Positions 19,670 through 28,749 of a stretch of DNA of 64,000 nt are shown one piece after another (within the stretch, counting starts at the first letter, position 1; the number at the start of each line of letters is the position of its first letter). The stretch spans positions 4,450 through 68,449 of the forward strand of contig JABHMO010000043.1 of assembly GCA_018693855.1 (NCBI GenBank), in the 5' to 3' direction. This DNA is from Candidatus Falkowbacteria bacterium. Its GTDB lineage: Bacteria > Patescibacteriota > Patescibacteriia > UBA11705 > JABHMO01. Under the pieces are notes generated by a model. That model did no database searches and was not told the DNA's origin. It was given only the letters and a program-made list of their open reading frames with translations. Both the position numbers and the translations under genes were made by a program.

Positions 19670-20061
19670 AAGTTATGAGATTAAATGATGTATACATAGA
19701 TAAGATGAACCAATCTAAATAAAAACCATAGATCCCTCCAGCAAGGTCGGGATGACAAATTTTTATTAAATATTGATACTTTATCTAAGTTTATTATACA
19801 ATATTTTTATAATTTTAACAAAAAGCTTATCACGTAACACGTAGCACATAGCACGTAACATAAATCGCATTCAAACTATACTTAAAATAAAAAACAGCCG
19901 ATTTCTCGGCTGGATTTTTTAACTACTAGTTAGTTAGCTCTAAAGAGACAAAAGAAAGGAGGTGTTGAAAGAACATATATCTCAAAGAGCCAACTAATTA
20001 GTAGTTAGATTTATACATTTAGGTTGTCCTGCGAATCCGGTGGGATTCACAGGTGGTTGTT

Positions 20062-20286
20062 TCAAATTTTCAGACTAGGTGTTGATCTGCGCCAAAACAC
20101 CAAGTCGCCCTCAGGAACCGTCTCCTCCTGTCCTTCTTCATAAACGATAATTGTAAATTTTGGATGCAAGTCGCTATGCAGACGAGATTCTCCAATCTCA
20201 ACCTCAACAGCAACAGCAGCAGCATTTGTTGAAAAAATCACTCCGCAAAGTGACTGAGCCGCAAAATATTGTTCATTGCCACACAT
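20062..20286 (-). CDS. Small GC-rich hypothetical protein (74 aa)
   Basis: ATG at 20286 is preceded by AGGGAGG. A TTGACA-17-TATACT promoter lies at 20375-20403 on the minus strand. GC is ~50% against the AT-rich flanks. The longer tracked ORF (to 20403) is an upstream over-extension. Confidence 0.45.
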   Translation of the reverse strand: MCGNEQYFAAQSLCGVIFSTNAAAVAVEVEIGESRLHSDLHPKFTIIVYEEGQEETVPEGDLVFWRRSTPSLKI

Positions 20287-20451
20287 ACAAACCTCCCTTG
20301 CTAGAAAAACCAAGAAAACAAAAACAACCAAAATGTATAAATTTAGATAAATTGTTAATGAGTACTGATTTTTGAGTATATCACATTTTCCAAAGTCTGT
20401 CAAAACGGGTCATCGCAATTAGTTGCATTTTTACTAAAATTAGAATATAAT

Positions 20452-20518
20452 GACGGAGTGAATCGAAGTGAATACAAGTAAATATAAGTGAATATATGCG
20501 AGTCTAAGTAAATCTAAG
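20452..20518. repeat. Decamer tandem array, family R10, locus 2
   Basis: gagtgaa tcgaagtgaa tacaagtaaa tataagtgaa ... tctaagtaaa. Confidence 0.7.
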
Positions 20519-20540
20519 CTCAAAAGACACTTCAACCAAT

Positions 20541-20996
20541 ATGAAAGGTATTACAAACAAACAAGCGTACTTTAGCTTTGAAATTCTGGATAAACTAGAA
20601 GTTGGTGTTGTATTACATGGATATGAGGTAAAATCAGTAAAAGCTGGTCAAATTAGCTTAAAAGGCTCTTATGTTTCAATTAGAAGCAATCCAAAACCAG
20701 AACTATTTTTAATCAATGCAAATATATCAAGATATCCAAAAGCAGGACCACTCCCCGACTACAATCCTGAGAGAGAAAGAAAACTGCTAATTAACAAGTC
20801 AGAATTGAATAAATTAATAGGAAAATTAGAGCAAACAGGCTTGACAATCGTACCACTTAAGGTGTATACTAAACGCAATCTCGTAAAGCTTGAGATCGGA
20901 TTAGCAAAAGGAAAAAAGCTTTATCAGAAGAAACAAGAAAAGAAAAAACAAGACGTTGAAAAGGAAATTCGACGGGCAGTAAAATTCCAGAGATAA
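20541..20996 (+). CDS. smpB: SsrA-binding protein SmpB
   Basis: GYEVKSVKAGQISLKGSYV...ERERKLLINKSELNKL, a canonical SmpB. It lies immediately upstream of the tmRNA gene. Confidence 0.9.
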   Translation: MKGITNKQAYFSFEILDKLEVGVVLHGYEVKSVKAGQISLKGSYVSIRSNPKPELFLINANISRYPKAGPLPDYNPERERKLLINKSELNKLIGKLEQTGLTIVPLKVYTKRNLVKLEIGLAKGKKLYQKKQEKKKQDVEKEIRRAVKFQR

Positions 20997-21116
20997 CGTT
21001 TGACATTTAACATTTGACTCAATTTTGAAATTTGTTATTTGCCTGCCTTGCCGAAGCTGAGTAGCGTAGGCAGGTTTGTAATTTGTTATTTGGAATTTGG
21101 TGCTTACGTCAGTCCC

Positions 21117-21506
21117 GGGGATGCTGGGCTTCGACAAGCGATTTTATTCTATTTTGTGCAGAATGAGCTCTTAGCTGCTCATAAAACCGTTAAGAAAATT
21201 TTAAGTGCAAATACACTTTCAAGCAAAGTAAAATCATTGTTCGCAATGCCAAGCTTTGCGCCTGTTGCAGTTTAATTTTTAACTCAACCATCGGTCCTCA
21301 GATACTCACTATGAGATCACTGGTGTAAACTTAGCGAGTGTAGATTGTAGAAGTTCTCTGGTCTACAATTGAAATCATAATTAGAGATCGAGATTTAACT
21401 TTTTTGTCTTGCCTTTAGGTTAAATTTCTAAAAATCAGGCTCGACTAATTCTGTAGAATCAACATAGTTGATTGTTTGGACGCGGGTTCAACTCCCGCCA
21501 TCTCCA
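21117..21506 (+). ncRNA. ssrA: tmRNA (ssrA)
   Basis: 5' GGGGAUGCUGGGCUUCGACAAGCG pairs with 3' GGACGCGGGUUCAACUCCCGCCAUCUCCA to form a 7-bp acceptor stem with a G3:U wobble, the alanine identity element. The T-arm is GGGUUCAACUCCC. An internal tag ORF ends ...AMPSFAPVAV-TAA at 21273-21275. ~390 nt. Confidence 0.8.
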
Positions 21507-21618
21507 CTTCTCGATTCGCTCCACTCACTCGAAGCCTACGGCCTCTAGGAGGGCGAGAGATTATTACCAAAACTATAAATCTGTACAATCTGTATTCAGA
21601 TCTGTACATCCGTACCCA

Positions 21619-22164
21619 ATGAGAAAATCATACAAATTTAAAAAAAGACAAACAGTAGTGAAGAAGTTTGCGTATAATTGGAAAATAAGATCCAAGGATG
21701 TTGTTGTTATTGATTCAGATGGAGAACAACTTGGAGAGATGACGACAAGAGACGCGATTAATATGGCTCAAGAAAAAGGGTTTGATCTTGTAGAAGTACA
21801 GCCAACTGCCACTCCTCCAATTTGTAAAGTCATGAACTACGGAAGTTTCCAATACAAAAGAGAAAAACAACTTAAAAAACAAAAAGCTCAAGCAAAAACA
21901 CTTGATGTAAAAAGTGTTCGAATCTCACTTAAGATCGGAGAACACGATAAACAGACTAGAATCAAACAAGCAAATAAATTTTTAGAAAAAGGTCATAAAA
22001 TAAAAATCGAATTAATTTTGCGTGGTCGTGAGTTCACTCACATGGACATGGCTAGAAAAATGGTTCGAGATTTCAAAGATGAACTTTCAGTTAATACTCA
22101 AGTTGAGCAAGATGTTACGAAACAAGGTAATAAACTGTTCATCATTCTGATTCCGGAGAAGTAA
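21619..22164 (+). CDS. infC: Translation initiation factor IF-3
   Basis: INWKIRSKDVVVIDSDGEQLGEMTTRDAINMAQEKGFDLVEV..ICKVMNYG aligns with IF-3. The start is uncertain, since IF-3 often uses a non-ATG start; ATG 21619 is chosen. The tracked ORF start at 21472 overlaps the tmRNA gene. Confidence 0.8.
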   Translation: MRKSYKFKKRQTVVKKFAYNWKIRSKDVVVIDSDGEQLGEMTTRDAINMAQEKGFDLVEVQPTATPPICKVMNYGSFQYKREKQLKKQKAQAKTLDVKSVRISLKIGEHDKQTRIKQANKFLEKGHKIKIELILRGREFTHMDMARKMVRDFKDELSVNTQVEQDVTKQGNKLFIILIPEK

Positions 22165-22388
22165 TCAGTTAACCGGTTAACCTCGCTTCGCCAGCCCGCA
22201 AAGCTACAGCGTTGCTGGAGGGCTGTTAATCAAGTTAACACAGTTAATCATTGACTTAAATTAAAGAATCCTTTATACTATCGAAATCATTACAATAACA
22301 TGCCAAGGCGGATGAAAGTTATAACTCTGGCTCTCTGTACTAGTCTCTAAAAAGCCTCCTATAGCCTCATATAGCCTCCTAAGTTCAT

Positions 22389-22583
22389 ATGGGAAAGATT
22401 AAAACAATTAAAGCAGTTACAAAACGAGTAAAAGTAACAAAAACAGGTAAGATCATGAAGAAAAAAGCTGGTCGAGACCATTATAATTCAAGAGAAAAAA
22501 GTAAAGTTACAAGAAACAAACGAAGAAAAACTCAGCTTTCAAAAGCAAACGTTAAAAACGTTAGAAACTTTATCCAAAAATAA
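22389..22583 (+). CDS. rpmI: Ribosomal protein bL35
   Basis: MGKIKTIKAVTKRVKVTKTGKIMKKKAG..., 64 aa and basic. infC-rpmI-rplT gene order. Confidence 0.9.
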   Translation: MGKIKTIKAVTKRVKVTKTGKIMKKKAGRDHYNSREKSKVTRNKRRKTQLSKANVKNVRNFIQK

Positions 22584-22676
22584 TCAAAAAGTTGAATAGT
22601 TGATTTGTTTATTAGTTGATTATTACTACAGTCCAAACTATCAACCAATCAACCTATAAACCAATAAACCACTCCT

Positions 22677-23030
22677 ATGCCTAGAGTAAAAAGAGGAACA
22701 ATTCATACAAAACGAAGACGTAACATATTAAAAGCTACAAAAGGTTTTCGTCATGGTCGGAAAAAGCTTATCAAACTAGCTAAGACTGCAATGGTTAAAG
22801 CTGGAGCATACGCTTACAGAGATAGACGAACCAAGAAAAGAGTTATTCGTAGATTATGGCAAATCAAACTTAATGCAGCTGTTCGAGTGTTCGATCTAAG
22901 TTACAGTAAATTCATCCACGCACTTAAATCTAACAAGATTGAAATGGACAGAAAAGTGCTAGCTGACATCGCAGAAAACAATACTGAAATTTTTGCGAAA
23001 TTAGTAGAAAAGATTAAACCTGCTAAATAA
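22677..23030 (+). CDS. rplT: Ribosomal protein bL20
   Basis: MPRVKRGTIHTKRRRNILKATKGFRHGRKKL... Confidence 0.9.
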   Translation: MPRVKRGTIHTKRRRNILKATKGFRHGRKKLIKLAKTAMVKAGAYAYRDRRTKKRVIRRLWQIKLNAAVRVFDLSYSKFIHALKSNKIEMDRKVLADIAENNTEIFAKLVEKIKPAK

Positions 23031-23044
23031 ACTTCAATAAAAAA

Positions 23045-23112
23045 AGATCGACCGTAAAGGTTGATTTTTTTATTTATAAAGAAAAAACACAACGTAAGTT
23101 GTGTTTTTTCCC
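23045..23112 (+). terminator. Two tandem rho-independent terminators after rplT
   Basis: gatcgaccgtaaaggttgaTTTTTTT and aacacaacgtaagttgtgttTTTTT. Confidence 0.55.
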
Positions 23113-23180
23113 TGGCGGACCGGACGAGACTCGAACTCGCGATCTCCTGCGTGACAGGCAGGTGTGTTAACCAACTACAC
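23104..23180 (-). tRNA. tRNA-Asp (GTC)
   Basis: The reverse complement is GGATCGGTGGTGTAGTTGGTTAACACACCTGCCTGTCACGCAGGAGATCGCGAGTTCGAGTCTCGTCCGGTCCGCCA. This gives a cloverleaf with anticodon loop CTGTCAC (GUC), T-loop GTTCGAGTC, and an encoded CCA. Confidence 0.85.
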
Positions 23181-23316
23181 CACCGATCCAGATATATACA
23201 TCTAAAAAATGTAATTAGATTATAAACGATTACTAACTTTAAGTCAATAGTTTATTAACAAAACAAAAGGTCTGACTTATGAGGTCAAACCTTTAAATGA
23301 CTGTCTCTGCACAATA

Positions 23317-23559
23317 TCAAGTGGATGAATCCAGCTCGAAATAGGCAGCTGAGATTTCTTGATTTGTGCCATCCACTCGTTCAAGAACGAGAAATTGATG
23401 GTGCCCGACCATGGCCGTTTGATCTTCAGGCACAGCTTTCACGTCGAGAACTCGACATGGACCGCCCCCAAACGTAGCATAGACAGCTGCGTGCAAAGGG
23501 TCTTGATATTTCTTCTTGAAAACCACTTTATCACCAACCTTGAAAGTTTGTTTCGCCAT
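23317..23559 (-). CDS. Small GC-enriched hypothetical protein (80 aa)
   Basis: MAKQTFKVGDKVVFKKKYQDPLHAAVYATFGGGPCRVLDV.... A TTGACA-17-TATACT promoter lies at 23606-23634 on the minus strand. GC is ~47%. Confidence 0.4.
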   Translation of the reverse strand: MAKQTFKVGDKVVFKKKYQDPLHAAVYATFGGGPCRVLDVKAVPEDQTAMVGHHQFLVLERVDGTNQEISAAYFELDSST

Positions 23560-24065
23560 CAGTATACCTTTCAGCGAAGGAGGTTGTAAAATCCAGAAAC
23601 ATTGTAGTATATCAGTTATTCTCAAATGTGTCAATAACAAAAAAAATCCCTCGCAGAGATTTTCATGAGTTATCCACTCTGTTCAGCCCGACGGGTTTGC
23701 GATCGCCGAGGTGAAACTCTAAAGTGGGTTCATAAAAATACAGATTCTACGAGGGGTGATCTAGCCAAACGAGCAACTTCAGAAGCAACATCTGAATCGG
23801 ACATAGGTTCGAAGCCACTACTGTGCTGACCAAATCAATCGTTATTATAGTGGATAAAGCCACTTGTGTCAAGGGATACGAATGACGCGATGCTAATCCA
23901 CGAATCACACGAATGCCACGAACGCTTCGCCATGCAAATCCACGAATTACACGAATAATCGATTATTCGTGTAATTCGCATCATTCGCAAGAACATTCGC
24001 AGAATTCGCATGTCATTCGCGGATTAGCATCACTATAATTCAAAAAACCGACCAAGAGTGGCCGG

Positions 24066-24611
24066 TCACATATAAGCTGCATCATTCGGATCCCTATCAG
24101 GATCGGAAAAATCTAGATTAAAAATCCAAACAAGAAAAAGACCAATACCAATTCCCCAAAAGGCAGATTTGAGAGTTGAAAATCCAAAATTGGAATTAAA
24201 GAGAATGAAACTCACTGTTCCGCTGCCTAGGAAGATCAATAGACTTGCAAGAAAGCCTAGGTGTTTTTTACTTGATTTTTCATAAGGAACAACAAGTGCT
24301 CCAGAAAAAACATAGACTTCCCCATTTGCCAATCGAACTGTTAGCAGTTGATGGTGTCCCACACCACATTTATCCAGAAATGGTAAAGTTGATTTCTCAA
24401 CTAATGCGACCATTTCTAAAACAAAAGGTTCATCTCCAACTTTTTCTCGAAGAGAACTCACCGCCTTTTCCCATTTCGGATCACTTGATAACACCACCAA
24501 CTGACCGGGCTCAAAAGTATATTCACCTTGCTTAATTTTCGGTACCCCACTTGTTCCGAAATCAGAATCAGCTTCGCTACCAGTTCCCATGATCGTTCTC
24601 CTTTTTATCAA
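24066..24611 (-). CDS. Hypothetical protein with C-terminal TM segments
   Basis: 181-aa ORF. A TTGACA-17-TAATAT promoter lies at 24642-24670 on the minus strand. The precise start is uncertain. Confidence 0.4.
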   Translation of the reverse strand: MIKRRTIMGTGSEADSDFGTSGVPKIKQGEYTFEPGQLVVLSSDPKWEKAVSSLREKVGDEPFVLEMVALVEKSTLPFLDKCGVGHHQLLTVRLANGEVYVFSGALVVPYEKSSKKHLGFLASLLIFLGSGTVSFILFNSNFGFSTLKSAFWGIGIGLFLVWIFNLDFSDPDRDPNDAAYM

Positions 24612-24745
24612 AGAAACAATGAATTAACTGTGATAAATGTTATATTATCAATCAAGTAACAATTTGTCAATATTTATATTTGAAAATTTGAATTTATGAT
24701 TTGTTTCGAATTTCGGATTTCGAGTTTCGAATTTTGCATTGTTTA

Positions 24746-25990
24746 CTATTCGTGTCTTAATGCCTCTATAGGATCTAAACCTGCGGCTTTCTTCGCTGGA
24801 TACAGACCAAAAACAAGACCAACGACAATCGACATCAGAGTTGCTAAGAACATACCGAAATATGATACGCTAAAATCCCAGTTAAAACCTTGACTGTTTG
24901 CACCGACTGAAATTAAAAATGATAAAATAATTCCTATAATAATTCCAATAATACCACCGATCAATGTGATAATTACTGATTCCCAAAGGAACTGCCACAT
25001 GATAACAGAACTTTTTGCACCGACGGCTTTACGTAAACCGATTTCGTAAGTTCGTTCTGTTACAGAGACGTACATGATATTCATTATACCAACGCCTCCA
25101 ACCACAAGTGATATCGAACCAAGTAAAATTAATAGGATTTGTATTCCATTAACAACAACATCCATCATCTCAGCTGCCTGCTCCATGGAAACAACGGCAA
25201 AATCATCTTTATCAGGATCATCAATCTCGTGAGCATCACGCATAATCCATTCCATATCTGCTACTGTTTGATCACCAAGCTCAGTGTCAATCATCTGAGC
25301 AAAAATAAACGAAATATAATCAATACCTAAAATTCTTTTTTGCAGCGTTTGCACAGGCACAATCGCCATATTATCCCAATCAAACCCAAACGTCGCTCCC
25401 CTTTCCTCAGTAACTCCAATTACCTTAAATCTTTCTTTCCCTAATTTCACAAAATTATCAACTGGATCAGTTTGACCAAATAGTTTATCAGCCAACTTCG
25501 GTCCTAAGACAGCAACTTTTGTTAATGAGTTGTCCTCCTCTTTTGTAAAGAAACGTCCACTAACAACTTCTGTTTGATCAATATTGATAAAGTCAGCACT
25601 TACGCCAAACAAGAATGCTTTTGTTAATTCACTACTATAGCTGATCGCCTCCTGTCCCATTACTCCACCATAATATTGAGAGATATTTGGATGTTTCCCA
25701 ATTTCATCAGCATCATCAAGAGTCATAGTTGTAATAGCTGCCCCACCAATCATACTAAAAGCATTTTCAACTGAAGCCTGAGAAGTGGAAGGCGTTTTCA
25801 CCTCAACTTCAATAGTCCCTGATCCAAAAGACTCAATCTCAGCAATTATAAAATTTTCAATTGCATTCCCTGCTGACAACACAACAATAACGGAAGTTAT
25901 CCCAATTACAACACCAAGCAGGGATAGCACTGTTCTGCTTCTATTTTTACGTAAGTTTTGTTTTGCGATGTTAAAGCTTAGGAAACGCAT
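24746..25990 (-). CDS. ABC transporter permease, FtsX/MacB family (paralog 2)
   Basis: N-terminal TM, a large periplasmic domain, and the C-terminal 3-TM FtsX domain ...[28 protein letters not shown].... ATG at 25990; the tracked start at 25996 is a GTG. Confidence 0.8.
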   Translation of the reverse strand: [414 protein letters not shown]

Positions 25991-25999
25991 AATCACAGT

Positions 26000-26085
26000 T
26001 AATCGGTTAATCAGTTGACCCGTTAACCAGTTAATCCGTTAACCAGTTAACCCGTCAACCAGTTAATCCTAACTATTACAACATT
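26000..26085. repeat. Tandem 16-mer repeats (CCGTTAACCAGTTAAT x ~4), GTTAACC family
   Basis: ccgttaaccagttaatccgttaaccagttaacccgtcaaccagttaatcc. An inverted partner lies at 26478-26530 on the other side of the four-helix-bundle gene. A related copy lies at 22165-22255. Confidence 0.75.
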
Positions 26086-26089
26086 AATT

Positions 26090-26461
26090 TCATTTACTAT
26101 CCGCTTTAGATCTTAAATATTTAATCTGCTCGTTAATTTTTATAATCAAACTCTCATATCTGTTTATTAAATCATTAGACTTATCTTTCGAAAGATAATC
26201 CCTTCCTGACGCAACAGACAAATGGCTTTGTACTTCTTCTGCTTCTCCCCTTGAAATATACAACACTCTTATTTTATCCAAATAATAATATCTGCCATGA
26301 CTCTCAGCTATATTCGCGATAACAGAGTTCGCAGCTTTTATCATTTGTTGAACTAATGCATACTTTTCAATATCGGGAAATTTACTTGTGACTTCATAAA
26401 TCTCCATCAATAAATCATATCCTATTTGCCAAATTTTCATTTTATTAAAACCTTCAGCCAT
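26090..26461 (-). CDS. Four-helix-bundle protein (TIGR02436 / 23S rRNA intervening-sequence protein / Avd-like family)
   Basis: MAEGFNKMKIWQIGYDLLMEIYEVTSKFPDIEKYALVQQMIKAANSVIANIAESHGRYYYLDKIRVLYISRGEAEEVQSHLSVA. This matches the hallmark pattern of the family (KxxE..F.........Q..RA..S...NIAEG.GR.......F..IA.GS..E). Confidence 0.75.
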   Translation of the reverse strand: MAEGFNKMKIWQIGYDLLMEIYEVTSKFPDIEKYALVQQMIKAANSVIANIAESHGRYYYLDKIRVLYISRGEAEEVQSHLSVASGRDYLSKDKSNDLINRYESLIIKINEQIKYLRSKADSK

Positions 26462-26530
26462 ATTATTAAATAATTACTTTTTTGTATTTAAAAGATTAAC
26501 TGATTAACCGGTTAACTGGTTAACCGCGAC

Positions 26531-27768
26531 TCATTCGTACCTAAGCGCTACAATCGGATCAAACTTCGAAGCTTTACTTGCTGGATAAATTCCAAATATT
26601 AAACCAATAGCAACACTTACACCACATGAAAGTAATAATGAGGTTGGAGTGATGACAAAATCCCAATCATAACCAAGATATCTGACAATGGTTGCGGTTA
26701 AAAAGGAAAAAGCAACTCCGATTAAAATACCTATTACAGCAGCAATAAGCGTTATTGAAACAGATTCTACGAGGAACTGCCAGATAATGTCTTTTTTCTT
26801 GGCTCCAAGTGCTTTTTTCAAACCAACTTCTTGAATCCGTTCAGTTACTGCAGCCAACATGATATTCATAATCCCAATACCTCCAACAACTAAAGAGATA
26901 GCAGCGATAGCTACTAAAAAGTACTTTAACGAACTTGTTACGGCTGTTAGACTTCCTAAAGCCGCTGCTGTGTTTGCCACTTCAAAATCATCTTTACTCG
27001 GATTATCAATATTATGCCGATCACGCAGTATTTCCTGAGCCTGAACCACAACATAATCCATATTATCTTCGTCATCTACTTCCATTCGAATAAATCCAAC
27101 ATGATTAATACCAACTATTTTTTTCTGAACTGTCGTAACTGGGACAAAAATCATCTTGTCAGTATTTTGAAATGCTACAACACCTTTTGCTTCTAAAACA
27201 CCGACCACTCTATAGTTTCTTTTTTTAATTTTAATAGTTTGCCCAATCGCATCTTGATCATTAAAAAGTTCTTGTTTTATTTCACTTCCCAAAACAACAA
27301 CGTTACTTAACAAAGTTTCATCTTCGTCTAAAATAAACCGTCCAGAAGCTACATCACTATCAGAAATTTCTAAATAACCTTCACTAACTCCTTGAATATT
27401 CGCGGTTACTTTTTGATTTTGATAAGTCACTGGTTCCATTGTCGTAACGTATGATGAAATCGCCACGACTTCAGGAATTTGCGTTTCTAGAGCTTTTTTA
27501 TCATCATTAGTCAAAGTAGTAATAACAACACCAAAAACAGCTGCTGGCGGCCCGTCACCATCACTATTGCCAGGTAAAACGCCTACTAAATTTGAACCAA
27601 CACTTCGAATCTGATTCACAATAAGACTTTCTGCACCTGCACCAACTGACAAAACAATTATCACAGACGAAATACCAATAATAATTCCCAGCATAGTCAA
27701 AAAAGAGCGCATCTTACTGGCTCGTAGATTTTTAATTGACATTTTAATGCTGTTTATGATTATTCTCA
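26531..27768 (-). CDS. ABC transporter permease, FtsX/MacB family (paralog 1)
   Basis: MSIKNLRASKMRSFLTMLGIIIGISSVI...[28 protein letters not shown]. The start is taken at ATG 27768 or 27743; the longer tracked ORF runs into the decamer repeat array. Confidence 0.8.
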
Positions 27769-27770
27769 TA

Positions 27771-27840
27771 TCGAAGTAAATAGAGGTGAATAGGAGTGAA
27801 TCGAAGTAAATCGAAGTGAATCGGAGTAAATCGAAGTTAA
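27771..27840. repeat. Decamer tandem array, family R10, locus 3
   Basis: tcgaagtaaa tagaggtgaa taggagtgaa tcgaagtaaa tcgaagtgaa tcggagtaaa tcgaagttaa. Confidence 0.75.
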
Positions 27841-27954
27841 TTAAAAGAGGGATAAGAGTAAGCAATCGTTTCCTGTTTAGAAATTAACGTTCCGCGTTCT
27901 GCCGTTCGGCCTCGAGCTCACGGCCGAGAGGCGATCCGCGATCCGCATTTTTCT

Positions 27955-28680
27955 CTACTTCTTAATACCTGCTCCTTCATCAGTATAAATTCGATTAGTA
28001 ATTTTCTCATCTGAAACAACGACACCATCCTGTAATTTAATCATACGTTCAGCGTGCTGAGCTGTATCTTCTTCGTGAGTAACTAAAATGATGGTAATTC
28101 CCTGCTTATCTAATTTTTGTAAAGTTGTCATAATAATTCCGGCTGTCTTACTGTCCAAATTACCAGTCGGTTCATCAGCGAAAATAATCGAAGGTTTATT
28201 CACAAGAGCTCGAGCAATAGCAACTCTTTGTTTTTCACCACCAGAAAGCTGATTTGAAAGATAGTCTCGTCTTTCAGACAACCCAACTAGAGCAATAGCG
28301 TCTTCAATCCTTTTCTTATGTTCATTAACAGGGACAGTACTGTACATCAGCGGTAATTGAACATTTTCAAAAACAGTTGTTCGAGGTAAAAGATTAAATG
28401 ATTGAAAAATAAAACCAACTTGAGAATTTCTAATCTCAGCCATCTCATCATCTTCCAAGTCTTTAATATTTTTATTTTTGAAATGATACTCACCACAACT
28501 AGGTTTATCCAAAAAACCTAAAACATTCATGAGGGTTGATTTCCCACTACCTGATCTTCCCATAATCGCAACAAACTCACCTTGTTCAATATTAAAAGAG
28601 ATGCTGTGAAGCACCTTTGTTACGACACCGTCGTTGTTGAATTCCTTACACAAGTCTTTTAGTTCAATTAACTTAGGCAT
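27955..28680 (-). CDS. ABC transporter ATP-binding protein (MacB/LolD-type)
   Basis: Walker [10 protein letters not shown], signature [15 protein letters not shown], and Walker [13 protein letters not shown]. Confidence 0.9.
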   Translation of the reverse strand: MPKLIELKDLCKEFNNDGVVTKVLHSISFNIEQGEFVAIMGRSGSGKSTLMNVLGFLDKPSCGEYHFKNKNIKDLEDDEMAEIRNSQVGFIFQSFNLLPRTTVFENVQLPLMYSTVPVNEHKKRIEDAIALVGLSERRDYLSNQLSGGEKQRVAIARALVNKPSIIFADEPTGNLDSKTAGIIMTTLQKLDKQGITIILVTHEEDTAQHAERMIKLQDGVVVSDEKITNRIYTDEGAGIKK

Positions 28681-28749
28681 AAAGTTGGTTTATTGGTTTA
28701 TTGGTTGATAGTTCTGACGATATTAATAATCAACTAATCAACCTATCAA

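Noticed and set aside
20287-20403. N-terminal extension of ORF 20062-20403 (MTDFGKCDILKNQYSL...)
   Set aside because: The extension is AT-rich promoter DNA that contains the TTGACA-17-TATACT promoter itself. The SD-preceded ATG at 20286 is the credible start.
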